A stretch of DNA of 64,000 bases from Hydrolagus colliei (lineage: Eukaryota), in NCBI GenBank assembly GCA_035084275.1, contig CM068748.1:10974001-11038000 (forward strand). Direction: 5' to 3'. Below, piece by piece: positions 25,844 through 36,764 of this stretch; within the stretch, counting starts at the first letter, position 1; every line of letters starts with the position of its first letter. The notes under the pieces were generated by a model that saw only the letters and a program-made list of their open reading frames with translations, was not told the origin of the DNA and did no database searches. Both the position numbers and the translations under genes were made by a program.

Positions 25844-27872
25844 AATTCAATGATTCAAGAAGGGAAATGTTCCATAAGTGTCAGACAGATGACTGACACC
25901 AAAAAAGGTGTTACGACTGTCCCAACATACAGGAGTGAGGGAACATTATACTGTAATTTGCTGTAAGCGCAAGAGGACAACAAGATTATTTTTCATAGAA
26001 GAAAATAGACATGAGAAAGGCTCTGTGTGCATGCCTTGGAAAATAAGTTGCATAAATGCACCACAATGTCAGTCAGCGGTGAGGTCAAAGGGTCAGACCT
26101 GAAATTTAGCTTCAAACTAAGATAAGACAGGCAAAGACACTAATGTGAAAACAAAGGCAAAACACAGAAGTATGATTCAGATGGAAAAGAAAGAGTAATA
26201 AATGACAAAGCTACAAGTATTTGTAATTGGCTATATTTTGGTCAGGAGACATGAATTCCTACACTTCAGTAATATTTCCCCTTCTACAGGCACATTTCTA
26301 GCAACTTTCAATTAAATTCACCCTGATTACCTCCAAATTAACTCAACTTTCTTCCATCAGGGATCAACTAGACAGAATTAAAATACTTTCTTACAGCAGT
26401 GGGGGTTACTATTTAAATTGCAGTAATTGATGCACTTTCCTAAATTGCTTAAAAGTCCATTGCTTTTAAATGCAATATACCAGGTGACTAATATCTTGGG
26501 AAGGTTCATAATTTAACAATATTGCATTTAAAATAAATTGCCTACTGCATACATGAATGCATATAATCACAGATTGTTTCCTCTGCCATCCTTGATGTGC
26601 AGAAGCATTCTTTACTGTTCTCAGATATAACAATTGAAAGATTTAATTCCATAGAGTTTGTGCAGCTCAATGGATTAGAAATGTATTAAGTTGAGAAGGA
26701 ATGCAGAAGTCTGACTAAAGCACATTGCTATCAGTTACTTTTGAAAATCAAACTTTTAAAATACTGTAATTAGTGATAACATTCATATCCTTTTCCTGTT
26801 TTCTTTTGCAAAACAATTCTATTGAAATGGGTCCAAGTGTGATGCCACTTTTAATAGGTAATCACAGCTTCATCCAACAGGAGATTTAATAATACTGGTG
26901 TGGATGGCTTTAATATAGATGTTAACCGCTTTTTTTTCCACAAATTCTGCTCATTCTTAAACCAACACCCATCTATTTTTTAACCCACATATCTGCTTAA
27001 CCCATCAATGCGTTTCAGAACCAAATATTAATCCGATTATTGTATATGTTCTGGTGAAGATGTGTAGTATCATCAGAGAATGCTGCAGTGGATACTTACC
27101 ATCAACCAGGAAGAGACTTTCGCAACATTGTCTCAGGTAATGGAAGGGAGAATTTATTTCAATTAAATGAAACGGTAGCTTGCTCATTTAGAAAGAGTTG
27201 TGGGTAACTGAGCTGCTGGAGGTGGTTTAAAATTCATTATTGCTGTATCATTATGTTCATTAGTGTCTGTCTTAGTAAATATGCCTTTAATTGTAATAGG
27301 CTGTAAATAGACCTAATTAGTGCTCTCAACAGCAAGCTATACCATTTAAGATGGTTAAACTCTAGTAAAATCTTAATGCACACTCTGGGGTATCAAAATC
27401 TTGGCTCTTGTCAACCTGCACTTATTACACTCTGGGGAGAGTGTGGATTCAGGCCCAAATATGGGAATTTCCATGTGCAGGTGACATGCATGGAACTTAC
27501 TCCAGTTTGGATACACTTAAGCCTACCTTTCTGTATGGTGTTTCAGCTGACCAAAACAATGAATATATATTTATTTAATGATCAAAATTGATTTAGAAAC
27601 AATTTGCTTTTTTTTTACTAGTTTCCTTTAAGAAATATGCAAGTGTCTCCCAAATATTTCTGATCACCCCCACACGGGCACTGATGAGAAAGATCCACTT
27701 GTGTTTCATGATCTGTGTTTGTCATTCTTGGTTATCTGTTTTATTTATCAACACAATGCCTTCAGTCTGCATTTCATTTCTCATTTCATTTCATTGTTCC
27801 TAATCTAATTGCCAATCTCTCTCTTAATTTTAGTATATATATTACTACATTCTTTGCTTTCTGGCCTATTAG

Positions 27873-28091
27873 AATGATATGAGGTGCCATCTAAACTTTC
27901 TACAGAGTCTGTCATTCAAAAGTCAGTGTGTTTTCCCAATGACTGCATTACATCTTCCTCAACCCCCACTTATCTGGTATCAGGGCACTTTCCCAATACA
28001 GAATTTACTGCTCCAGCCTGTACTGATTGCCATGGATTCCTGGCTCCTATTGCAGCACATTATAATACAGCAACAGCATCCAGAGATCTCA
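27873..28091 (+). pseudogene. Putative degenerate B-box exon of the TRIM42-like gene
   Basis: Mixed frames give RCHLNF.. and ..NLL..ACTDCHGFLAPIAAHYNTATAS, reminiscent of B-box1/B-box2. The donor a|gtaaga at 28091/28092 is phase 1, matching the phase-1 acceptor at 28653. Confidence 0.35.
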
Positions 28092-28209
28092 GTAAGAACA
28101 ACAGTAATTTAATTCAGGGCACAAAGTGAAGAATAAATTACATTTCATTTAAATTCTATGTATAGGGACTGGAGAATTGATTCATGGAGGAAGAAGGAGA
28201 ATTCAAGTG

Positions 28210-28595
28210 CAGTAAAAGCCTGTTTATCCGGCACCCAATCAACCGTAACTTCCGTATAACCGGCATTGCAAAATAAAAGTCTGAATAAATAAATAACGGA
28301 CGGATGGACGGACGGGCGGAAAGCAGTCAACTTGCTCAGTGTCATTCAGACGTGTAACTTTTGCACTAGTTTAAAGATATCTCTGAACTGGCTGGTCGCT
28401 GTGTGTAAAAGGACTATTATTATTATTTATATATTATTATCATATAAATGATTATTTAGTGTATTATTAATATGCTATGCTTTTTAAAAAATGTAAATTT
28501 TTTTTTAAATTGGGGGGTTTTCGGCCAAATATCCGGCAGGCGCTTTAACCGGCACTGGCCAGGTCCCGAGGTGCCGGATAAACGGTCTTTTACTG
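28210..28595 (+). mobile_element. Pogo/Tigger-like MITE (Tc1/mariner superfamily)
   Basis: TIRs cagtaaaagcctgtttatccggcacc ... ggtgccggataaacggtcttttactg, TG/TA flanks and repeated subterminal (t/a)ccggca motifs. Confidence 0.85.
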
Positions 28596-28652
28596 TATTT
28601 TGGAATGAAGCAGAGTTTACCATTGAACTAACTCATTCTTGTTTTGTTGTAG

Positions 28653-29759
28653 TCAAGGAGATTTTTGACCAAAACATTCTGAAATTGAACAAAATGAAAA
28701 CCAATGGCGAACACGTGGAGACGGAATTGAAGACGAAAGTATCCAACACATTTCTGTCACTGCACAAAGAGCTGAATAAGCAGCAGTCCCTGATAAACGA
28801 GATGACCGCAAAGGAGAAGAGACAGCAAATGAAAGAAACCGAAGAATTGATAAAACAGACGTACAATTTTACCGTAAGTTTGGAAAGGCAGGTATCATAT
28901 GCCACCAAAGCTTCTAAGGAAACCAACCACGCCGTGTTCTTACAGACGCCAAAAAAAATCAGCACGTGTCTGAATCGTTCGATGCGTGATGCAGCATATC
29001 CCAGTGAGAAACTGCCTGGGGTTATATTCGGGACCAATCACTTAGATGTCAGCCAGATAGGAGCTCAAATAAAAACCCTCTCAATTTCGTGCAATGAAAG
29101 CAGAAAAATTTCCCGATAGGAAACATGAAGCACTTGACATTTGGACCCTCAATGGAGCTGAAGGAGGTTCCGAGGCTCACGGAACTACTGCCCTACATGT
29201 TACTCAAATGATCAACTACACCTCCAAGGGTGATGCTGTCTCTTGTACATCGAAAGTGGACCCAGGTAAAATAAGGCCCTACGGCTTGCTGAAGATGACT
29301 TCTGCTGTGAATATCAAGGACATCCCTGCAAGCCAGTCTTCCAGCTATGCACAAAATGCCCACTCCATTCTGAGAGCTCACAGTGCCACTGGCCCTCGTT
29401 ACACAAGCTCTGAGCTCCCAGCTAGAAGCCCTTTGATGAATGATAGTGTCAGCAAGGAGTTGACCAGATGTTCTGCACCCATATTTAAACGGCGCCCTGC
29501 TAAAATGGCAAACAGTGACAAGAGCCCACAGTTACACAATACGTACGTACACTGCCCAAAACAGGCTGAATTAGCAGAGACTCCTCCACTATCGTATTCC
29601 GCCAAGTCTGACCAGCCCTTTGACATAGAACAGAACTTGTGAATAGAAAGGCGGGAAAAGAAGAAGCTTTGTTTTAGCTTTGATGGTTCCTGCAAGGGTG
29701 ATACTTCATCCCAAATTACTCCTTTGACTTGTAGCCATTGTGACGTACTATCAATGTAA
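28653..29759 (+). pseudogene. TRIM42-like coiled-coil/COS exon with a frame break (~29094-29119) and an in-frame TGA (29640); probable pseudogene or assembly-affected gene
   Basis: Acceptor ttgttttgttgtag|TC. VKEIFDQNILKL..FLSLHKEL..KETEELI..VSYATKASKETNHAVFLQ..LDVSQIGAQIKTL aligns with recalled TRIM42 VRYEIDNDLMEF..FLKLRSIL..KEIEKYV..IAYSKEALKETGQVAFLQ..LDFVELSSAIHEL. The second frame has LRAHSAT (cf. GRAQSAT) and, past the TGA, FSFDGSCK (cf. YSFNDGSVK). Confidence 0.65.
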
Positions 29760-29967
29760 TGTTTTAAATTTTTTATGCTACCAATTCTCTTAAATTTTCA
29801 AAGCAATGATATACAATTTCCATAGTTTATTACAGGATAATATCAATGACTGAATACAACGATTTTTAAAAATAAAAATGCTAAGCACTTAGCAGTTTCA
29901 GAGTTTACAATTTTTAAAATTTGAAATGTGTTAGTTTTGCCAGTTCTAATAATAATAATAATCTTGT

Positions 29968-30235
29968 GGAGTCCTGTAACTCAGTGGTGTGGAGGCCTGT
30001 AGTTCAGTGGCACTCGCCTCCCAAGCGAAGGACCTGGGTTTAAATCCCGGCAAGGTGAAATATTGGGCAAGTTTCCTTACTCCACATGCCTCTGTTAACC
30101 TAGCAGTAAGCAGGAACCTATTTGTTAGTTGTTTGGCAGATCGCTTTGTTAACACTATGAGACAAAGGGGGAATGAATCCTCCAGGTGAGCTTATGCTGA
30201 GATCAGTGAGCCTGTGTGATTGGCCTACGTTTGGC
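29968..30235 (+). mobile_element. tRNA-SINE variant with complete CORE-like domain and duplicated 5' end
   Basis: Head duplicated (tgtggagtcctgtaactcagtgg / tgtggaggcctgtagttcagtgg); ttgggcaagtttccttactccacatgcctctgttaacctagcagtaagcaggaacc. Confidence 0.75.
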
Positions 30236-30247
30236 CACTTCCAGATA

Positions 30248-30490
30248 AAACAACAATTCGTATTTATATAGCACCCCACATGCAGCATAGCATCCCATAG
30301 CAATTAACATTGGTGAAGCACGATCCCGAACTGGGAAGAAGGGAGGTGGCCATAGGTACGGTTGAAGAGGAGGTCTTCAGACGCGACCTGATGATGGGGA
30401 AGGGAGGGGCAAGGAGGAGGGATAGAGGAAGAGTGTTTCAGAGTTTTGGGGCGTAGTCGCTGAAAACGAGACTGACAATGGTGGAACATA
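30248..30490 (-). mobile_element. L2 LINE 3' end
   Basis: aacaacaa tail and tatatagcacc..gcatccca; the reverse translation resembles STI..VFS.YAP.L.N.LP.. Confidence 0.7.
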
Positions 30491-30619
30491 GAACATGCCG
30501 AAGGCAGGAATCATTCATTCCTTTCACGTCAGGCGGATATCTTAAGGCGCTGGACAATCAGGGATTCAGACCTGAGCTGCGGATTAGGATCATGAGGGTG
30601 GAGGGCAGAGGGGAATGAA

Positions 30620-30668
30620 CCTGGAATTGAACCCAGGTCTCCCTCTTGTAAGGCGAGTGCTCTATCCC
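30620..30668 (-). mobile_element. tRNA-SINE head fragment, interrupted by the MITE
   Basis: cctggaattgaacccaggtctccctcttgtaaggcgagtgctctatcc; a possible remainder ctgaacctacaagattcc lies at ~30898-30915. Confidence 0.65.
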
Positions 30669-30676
30669 TAAATATA

Positions 30677-30882
30677 CAGTAAAAGCCCATTTATCCGACA
30701 CCCGATCAACTGTAACTTCAGTACAACCGGCATCGCAAAAAAAAGGTCAACATTCAGTTAATCGGAATTTATCCGGGAAAGTGCATAAATTTTTTATTTT
30801 TGGCGTTTTCAGCCGAATATCCGGCACGCGCTTTAACCGGCATTGGCCAGGTCCGAGGATGCCGGATAAACGGCTTTTACTG
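30677..30882 (+). mobile_element. Pogo/Tigger-like MITE, 206 bp
   Basis: TA-cagtaaaagcccatttatccgacacc ... gatgccggataaacggcttttactg-TA; ends nearly identical to the 28210 copy, interior different. Confidence 0.88.
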
Positions 30883-31552
30883 TATAAAGTAAATGATCTG
30901 AACCTACAAGATTCCATCTGATTATGTGACCCAGTACATCACAACTCACACCCGTAAACATCAAACCCTCAGTAGGTAAAATTCAATGGAAAGAGACAGC
31001 AATGGATAAACTTTGGAGGAAAGCTGCCAGCCACCCAGGGACCTCTCTTGCAGGATGAGCAAGAAACAGGCAGCACCAGCTGTGACCTTCTCTACAGCTT
31101 TTAGCCCAGTCACAGCCGCAGGCAAAGATCTCATCTGCAGTTTCCTTCAAAGTGACAAATTGGATTCATTATGGTTTCCCAAGGCAGTGGGATCAGAAAG
31201 TATTAGAAAACCAAGCATCACTAACCTTCTCTGTGACACATGGCTCCTAAACATGACTTTAGGCCAGACTAAAGTGTGGCTTATTCTGCAGATATAAATA
31301 AATCGAGGAGTGCGACTAGATTTTTGGTGCAAGACTCTCCATCATTTATGTTCATACAGTAAAATTGGCCCCTCAATCAATTTTATAGTAATGTTGCATT
31401 AACAAACATTTAAGTTCACTCAACGAACACATATCTCCACACATCTATCATAAAATAATCAGTGTTTAGGATATCTTTTCCTCCTCCTGTTCCAATTGAT
31501 ACACATTTCTTTATAGATGTGTATTGCCATTCGACCTAAATATCAAAATGCA

Positions 31553-31915
31553 GAGGCCTTGTACTATAGTGGTTAGAGCACCTCACCTTGCAAGTGAGAG
31601 GACGTGGGTTTGATTCCCAAGCAGGGCAAAATGTTGGGCAAGTTTCCTTACTCCACACTCCTCTGCTTACCTAGCAGTAAATAGGAACCTGGGTGTTAGT
31701 TGATTGGCAGATCGCTTTTTCGAGGGCGATAATCCTTTCAAAAATAAATAAACAAACAAATAAATAATAATAACTTGGTCATTCAATCCACGAATGCTTG
31801 TGGGACACTGCTGTGCGTATTAGCTGCCACGTTTTGCCAACAAAATATATAATCAATTCACTTTAGCATATATTCTGTGAAGTGCTTCGAGATGTTTCAA
31901 AGATGCGATGAGGCG
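31553..31915 (+). mobile_element. Long tRNA-SINE variant: tRNA head, complete CORE-like domain, Deu-like 3' segment and tail
   Basis: Head gtggttagagcac..gggtttgattccc; CORE-like segment 31634-31689; Deu-like ttggtcattcaatccacg..tgtgggacactgctgtgcg; tail ctgtgaagtgcttcgagatg. Confidence 0.85.
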
Positions 31916-31919
31916 TCAA

Positions 31920-32058
31920 GTGGGAACACTCAGCAGGTCAGGCAACATCTATGGAGAGGTCATCGAAAGGTCATCGACCTGAGGCATTAACTCACTTTCC
32001 TCTCCCCACCGAGGCATTCTATTTCAGATTTCCAGCATCTGCAGTATTTTATCTTTTG
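31920..32058 (+). mobile_element. Fragment of a Penelope-like-element-associated repeat (degenerate hammerhead region)
   Basis: acactcagcaggtcaggcaacatctatggagag..gaaaggtcatcgacctga..ttaactc..tttcagatttccagcatctgcagtatttt resembles a recalled shark repeat whose intact form contains ctgatgaaaggtcatcgacctgaaac. Confidence 0.5.
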
Positions 32059-32149
32059 TTTAACGTGTAGATCATACTCTGGTTAGTTAATAAGCTATAT
32101 CTTATCCACAAGATGGGACCATTTATGAATATTTGGTTAAGATTTGGTT

Positions 32150-32500
32150 GAGGTGAAGAAGGCCCTTTGGCTCATTTGATTTTATCCTTCAAAATTACCC
32201 ACAAAACGTTCTTCCTATTGTAGCAACAAGCTGTTTCTTAAATGAATCCAGCATCCTGGCCTCAAACACCTTTCCTGGTAACCCTTCCACTCATTAGTTA
32301 CCCTCTGGGTAAAGAAACACTGTACTTATGTTGTCTGTTCTGATTTTTGCTCCTTCCAACCCACAACCGGTAGCTTTTTGATCTACTGCTATGTTGGATC
32401 TGAAAGTATTGTTCTCTATTCACTTTCTTAATTTTCTTTAGAATCTGACAGATCTTTATGACACTTCCTTCGAATAGTTCACCATTCATGCACTGAGGAT
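32150..32500 (-). mobile_element. CR1 LINE 3' fragment
   Basis: Minus-strand translation GSVIKICQILKKIKKVNREQYF..SRSKSY, then ..W.GLPGKVFEARML.SFKKQL, typical of the CR1 ORF2 C-terminus. Confidence 0.7.
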
Positions 32501-35082
32501 CATCCACATTGTTTTCCATTTCAATAACACTGGGGAATTTTGAGTAGAATTTTGACGAAGATCGAGATATGCACTAGGAATTTTAATAAGTACAGAAAAT
32601 GAGCTTCAAATTTAAAACAGAATAAAAACTTTGCTAAAATCTGCACAATCTGAAAGGCGAATGTTAATAGGATAAATCCAGGTGGAATTTCTACTCACAT
32701 ATTTTAAAGTATTAGAATTAAAAATAATCTCGAATGAATAGTAGAGATGACACAAGGATATAAAGCAGTATAATCCAATAAATTAAACTGATTAAGCCTC
32801 ATACAAAAACACACAAAGAGAAGGTAAATTACAAACAGACATTTGAGGACTAAAACTTTATTTACCTTTGACCTTAAATATCCGAAGAACATTTGATGAT
32901 GAAGTTAAAAAGTTGCTGAATTACACAGAAAAGTAAAATTTGAACTAAATTGGAGGGATTGCATGGATGAATGATGGAGAATATTAAGATGAAGATGGAA
33001 CAAAGTGAACAGAACCCTGGGGGAACACAATAGGGACAGCTTACAATTAGAAGAGGTTTAGAACAGACATAACCTATTAATACTGGAGACTTTTCATTAC
33101 AAAACAAATATTGCTTGATAATAAAAGTATTTTCCTTTACAACTAATGTTTTAAGCCCTATCAGCATTAATTATCATCACTGAAAACACAACTGTACATT
33201 CAGATATGATTAAAGACGTTGGAAGCAACATAATCTCTCCTCTGGATTTAGTGAATACAAAAACATACACACAAAAATGCAGACCTTGTGAGGTTGCACA
33301 TTTGGCTGTGTGGATTATATTTTATGTTGTTATAAATATAGTAGTTGTCATAGTGAGGTTGAAACCTTTTGAATTATGTTTGCTGCCTTAGACCTGGTTT
33401 CTGAAGGAATTCTCCTTTATCATATATCTCTCAATGCCATAGGCAGGAAAAAAAAATATTAGCCTATTGAATATTGTGTAATTACCGGTATCTGTAATCC
33501 CTGTGACAAGTACTCCTGGTATCTGTAATAAGGGGAAGCCTCCTGAGGCCTTCTTCAAATAAAACTGAAAAATAATTCGGAAGAGGGAATGGAATATTCA
33601 CAGGCATACACACTGGTAATACCTGTAATATACATGGTATATATATCATCTCAATATATACCATAATAGAATTCTGTGAATAAATAATGCTAAAGTGAGC
33701 AAGTCAATTTTAATTAGATTAAAATTGCACTTCAGGTGACACATCTTTTCTAAAAAGATGCAAATATTTACAGTGTGTTTCTGTTTCGAATTGTCAGAGT
33801 AGTCCAATTTTACATGAAGATCAGCAACCATGGAAGAAAAACAAATCTAATTTGTATAAATGCACAATTTATCATATTAAGGTACATTTTGAAGACATTT
33901 TTCGATTAATATGCAATATCAAGGAATGTATATACGTTGCAACGGTTTTGTTTTTCATTTAAATGGCCACTTGAACACAGGGTAAGGGCAGATACTGAGT
34001 CAAGTTCATATTACATGCATACCTTCTTGTTCATACTTCTCCAATTTACTGTATAATTGTACTTTTAATGGGTTTTTTCAGTGAGCGAAACACATTTCAT
34101 TGCCCAGTTGAATTTTTGTCACACATCATCAATAACCTAGGAGGCAGTAAATGACCAGCTTTCAGATCTGCACCAATATTATTAATGGTGAGGGTGAGGA
34201 AGAGGGACTCTTATATGTGGTAATTTCTTTAATCCTCACTTCAATTGACTGAGAAAACCTGCTCCAACAAGATCCAGTTATTGTATGCTGCTTCCTTGTT
34301 AAGGAATCACATCAGTAAAACTTCAGGGCTAGATATCATGACATTTTTCTTTACTAAGAATGTAATTGATGACCGAATCAGATTCCTCATTGAATTATTA
34401 CCCTTCAAACATTTTGATCATCTAATAAATCTGTATAGAACATATTTCCGCTCTTCAAGTAACAATTGATACAGTGGGGGACGTATTCACTGGATGATAG
34501 CAGATGTGAGTATTTGTTTATTGTGTTTATCAGGCAGTTACTTTCAGCAAACCTTTCCAAAATGTTCAATATTTCAGATGCCTATATCCTTTCAGTACTA
34601 GCAAGGAAGGGATTTGCTAAGAAGATATGCAGACCTACTGGTAAATCTTAGCATTACTTGCTGTGGCATTACATATCAAAAATTGCTTGCTGCAATGGGA
34701 TTATATCACCTGAATGTGAGAGGTTCTTAATGATGTATAGTTCCAGGAACGTTCAAATGCATGCTTAGGAAAAACATTCATCATGAGATTGCCAAATGTA
34801 ATAGCCAATACATTATGTCAAATAAAAAGTATTCCTTTGTATGCCCCATTGTATATGTCTCATTGAGGATGATTAAATTCAGGCTGAAAAGAAATTATTG
34901 ATCATATTAACAGCTGGTAAGGAGATACTGTACATCATTTACCATTAGGTAAGGTAAGGTGAATAATCTTACCTTAGCTGCAGAGCTCTGAAGAATAAGC
35001 AATTATTTCTTAACAGTAGCTAAGCATATCTAGTTCCAAATCATCAAGTATGCAAAACCACCACTGTCAATCCCCCAAATTA

Positions 35083-35241
35083 AACTGGTCACTCACTTCA
35101 TGGCAGTTTATGGGACATTGCTGTGAGCAAATACAGTTGCTGTACCATACAGTGATAATTATTTTACAGTAAAGCTGTGAAACGCTTTGAGACATCTCAA
35201 TTACATGATAAGGCAATTTACCAAATTCTAGGATGATATTA
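35083..35241 (+). mobile_element. 5'-truncated Deu-type SINE
   Basis: ctggtcact..gtttatgggacattgctgtg..ctgtgaaacgctttgagacatctc..gataaggc. Confidence 0.6.
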
Positions 35242-36199
35242 ATACCTCCATATACACAAAATATAAATGAATAATAACTGGAATTAAGTGTACAATAAAT
35301 TTAAGTACATAAATTGCTGAGTACCAGTCAATGTTAGAGTTTATCTGGTAAGCTGTGAAAAGATTAATTGGATCTCAAAACAGCAAATTAAAAGTTTGAA
35401 TCATTTGATCCATTATTTTAAGTGTAAGCACAATATTTGTACTGTTTATGAATATCAACATAGTGCAAACGGATGTCAGTTGAGACGTTTAAACTTTAGT
35501 GATAAATTAAGTTTGATGATTGAGAGAAACAGAATGTTCTTGTAGAGTGCAGTGGGTGGAAGCAGTTTATTTCAGTATGGCTATTTTGCATATTTTTGGA
35601 TTGTATTGTTATTGAAATAGGGATTGTGTTTTGAAAAGTTTTATTCAAGATTAAAGGACTGAAATGTGTTCAAAAAATTGATTATATTTTCTTCTGAATC
35701 ATTCGATAAGGATTTCAACCAGCATCTTTTCCAACATACAGCCATTGTGCTATGTTGATTCTACTTCTATAGCTGGTTTGGGATTGATGTTTACCCTCTC
35801 TACTGTCTTGATTTCGCATTCATAGTAAGTGTTGTTTCTTCAGAGAATGAACATTTAGCTTAAGGAGTTCTTTCACTATTTTCTTCTATAAATGCTTCTG
35901 ACAAAATTTGAACCATTAAATTGTTTGATGGTAGGCAAGTTCACTATCCATTTCTTTTGTGATAGTGTTTCTTTGCTACAAACTATTTGAACTGACACTC
36001 AGCATCTCCAGTCCTTTCACATGCATTTGAATGGAAATTTACCATTCCGTGACCATGAAAAGGTAAATGAAGGTAATGATAATTTCCAAGATAATGGGTA
36101 TTTCTTAATCACAATTGTTTTTGATCCTCTTTCTTCCTGTTCACTATAATTATTTGGTTAGTAGCATTGCCTTTTGATGCCACAGGAGCAAATCATATT

Positions 36200-36547
36200 T
36201 GTTGAAATATGTCATGTCATTCAAATGTGTCACAGCATTTCTGAAGACTTACTGTAAAGCAACTCCGTATTTGTAAGCGAAAGCAAATTTGCACTATGAA
36301 GTGAATGATCAATTTTATCTGGAGGATTATTGGCTAGGACACTCCACTCTCTTTGCAAGTAGTGCCATGGGATTTCTAACACCCACCAGAATAGGCAGAT
36401 GTTTCATCCAGAGGACAGCATCTGTGACAATGCAACACTCCTCCAACACTACACCATGGAGTGTCAGCAAAACGTCCTGACGTGGATCTTGAACCCCCAA
36501 CCTTCAGACTCAGAAACGAGATTACTGCTACATGGGCAAAGCTGATA
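36200..36547 (-). mobile_element. Old SacSINE1-like Deu-domain SINE
   Basis: ttggctaggacac..agtgccatgggatt..tcatcc..gacagcatct..gacaatgcaacactcc..ggagtgtcagc..cttgaaccc..cttcagactcaga..gctga is the reverse complement of the 24824 type. Confidence 0.7.
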
Positions 36548-36571
36548 AATGTAATTAGATAACTGTAACAC

Positions 36572-36764
36572 AATAATAAAAATTGGTCATTTCAATCCAC
36601 GTCTGTTTGTGGGACACTGCTGTGCACAATTGGCTGCCGCGTTTCGCCCACAAATATACAGTCAATTCACTTTACGATCTATTCTGTGAAGTGCTTTACA
36701 GTCTATTCTGTGAGACGTCGACAAGATATGAATAGCGCTGTATCAAATGCAAGGATTATTATAA
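36572..36764 (+). mobile_element. 5'-truncated tRNA-SINE copy
   Basis: Near-consensus ttggtcatttcaatccacg..tgtgggacactgctgtgcacaattggctgccgcgtttc and the tail aaatgcaaggattattat. Confidence 0.88.

Noticed and set aside
27684-27712. CTGATGAG motif considered as a hammerhead core
   Set aside because: No stem II plus GAAA in the required arrangement.
28472-28652. 5' part of the 215-aa ORF
   Set aside because: It runs through the MITE and intron; homology starts at the acceptor at 28653.
31013-31297. 94-aa ORF considered as the FN3 exon of the TRIM42-like gene
   Set aside because: It shows only trivial similarity (TNLLCDT) and lacks the FN3 W/Y pattern.
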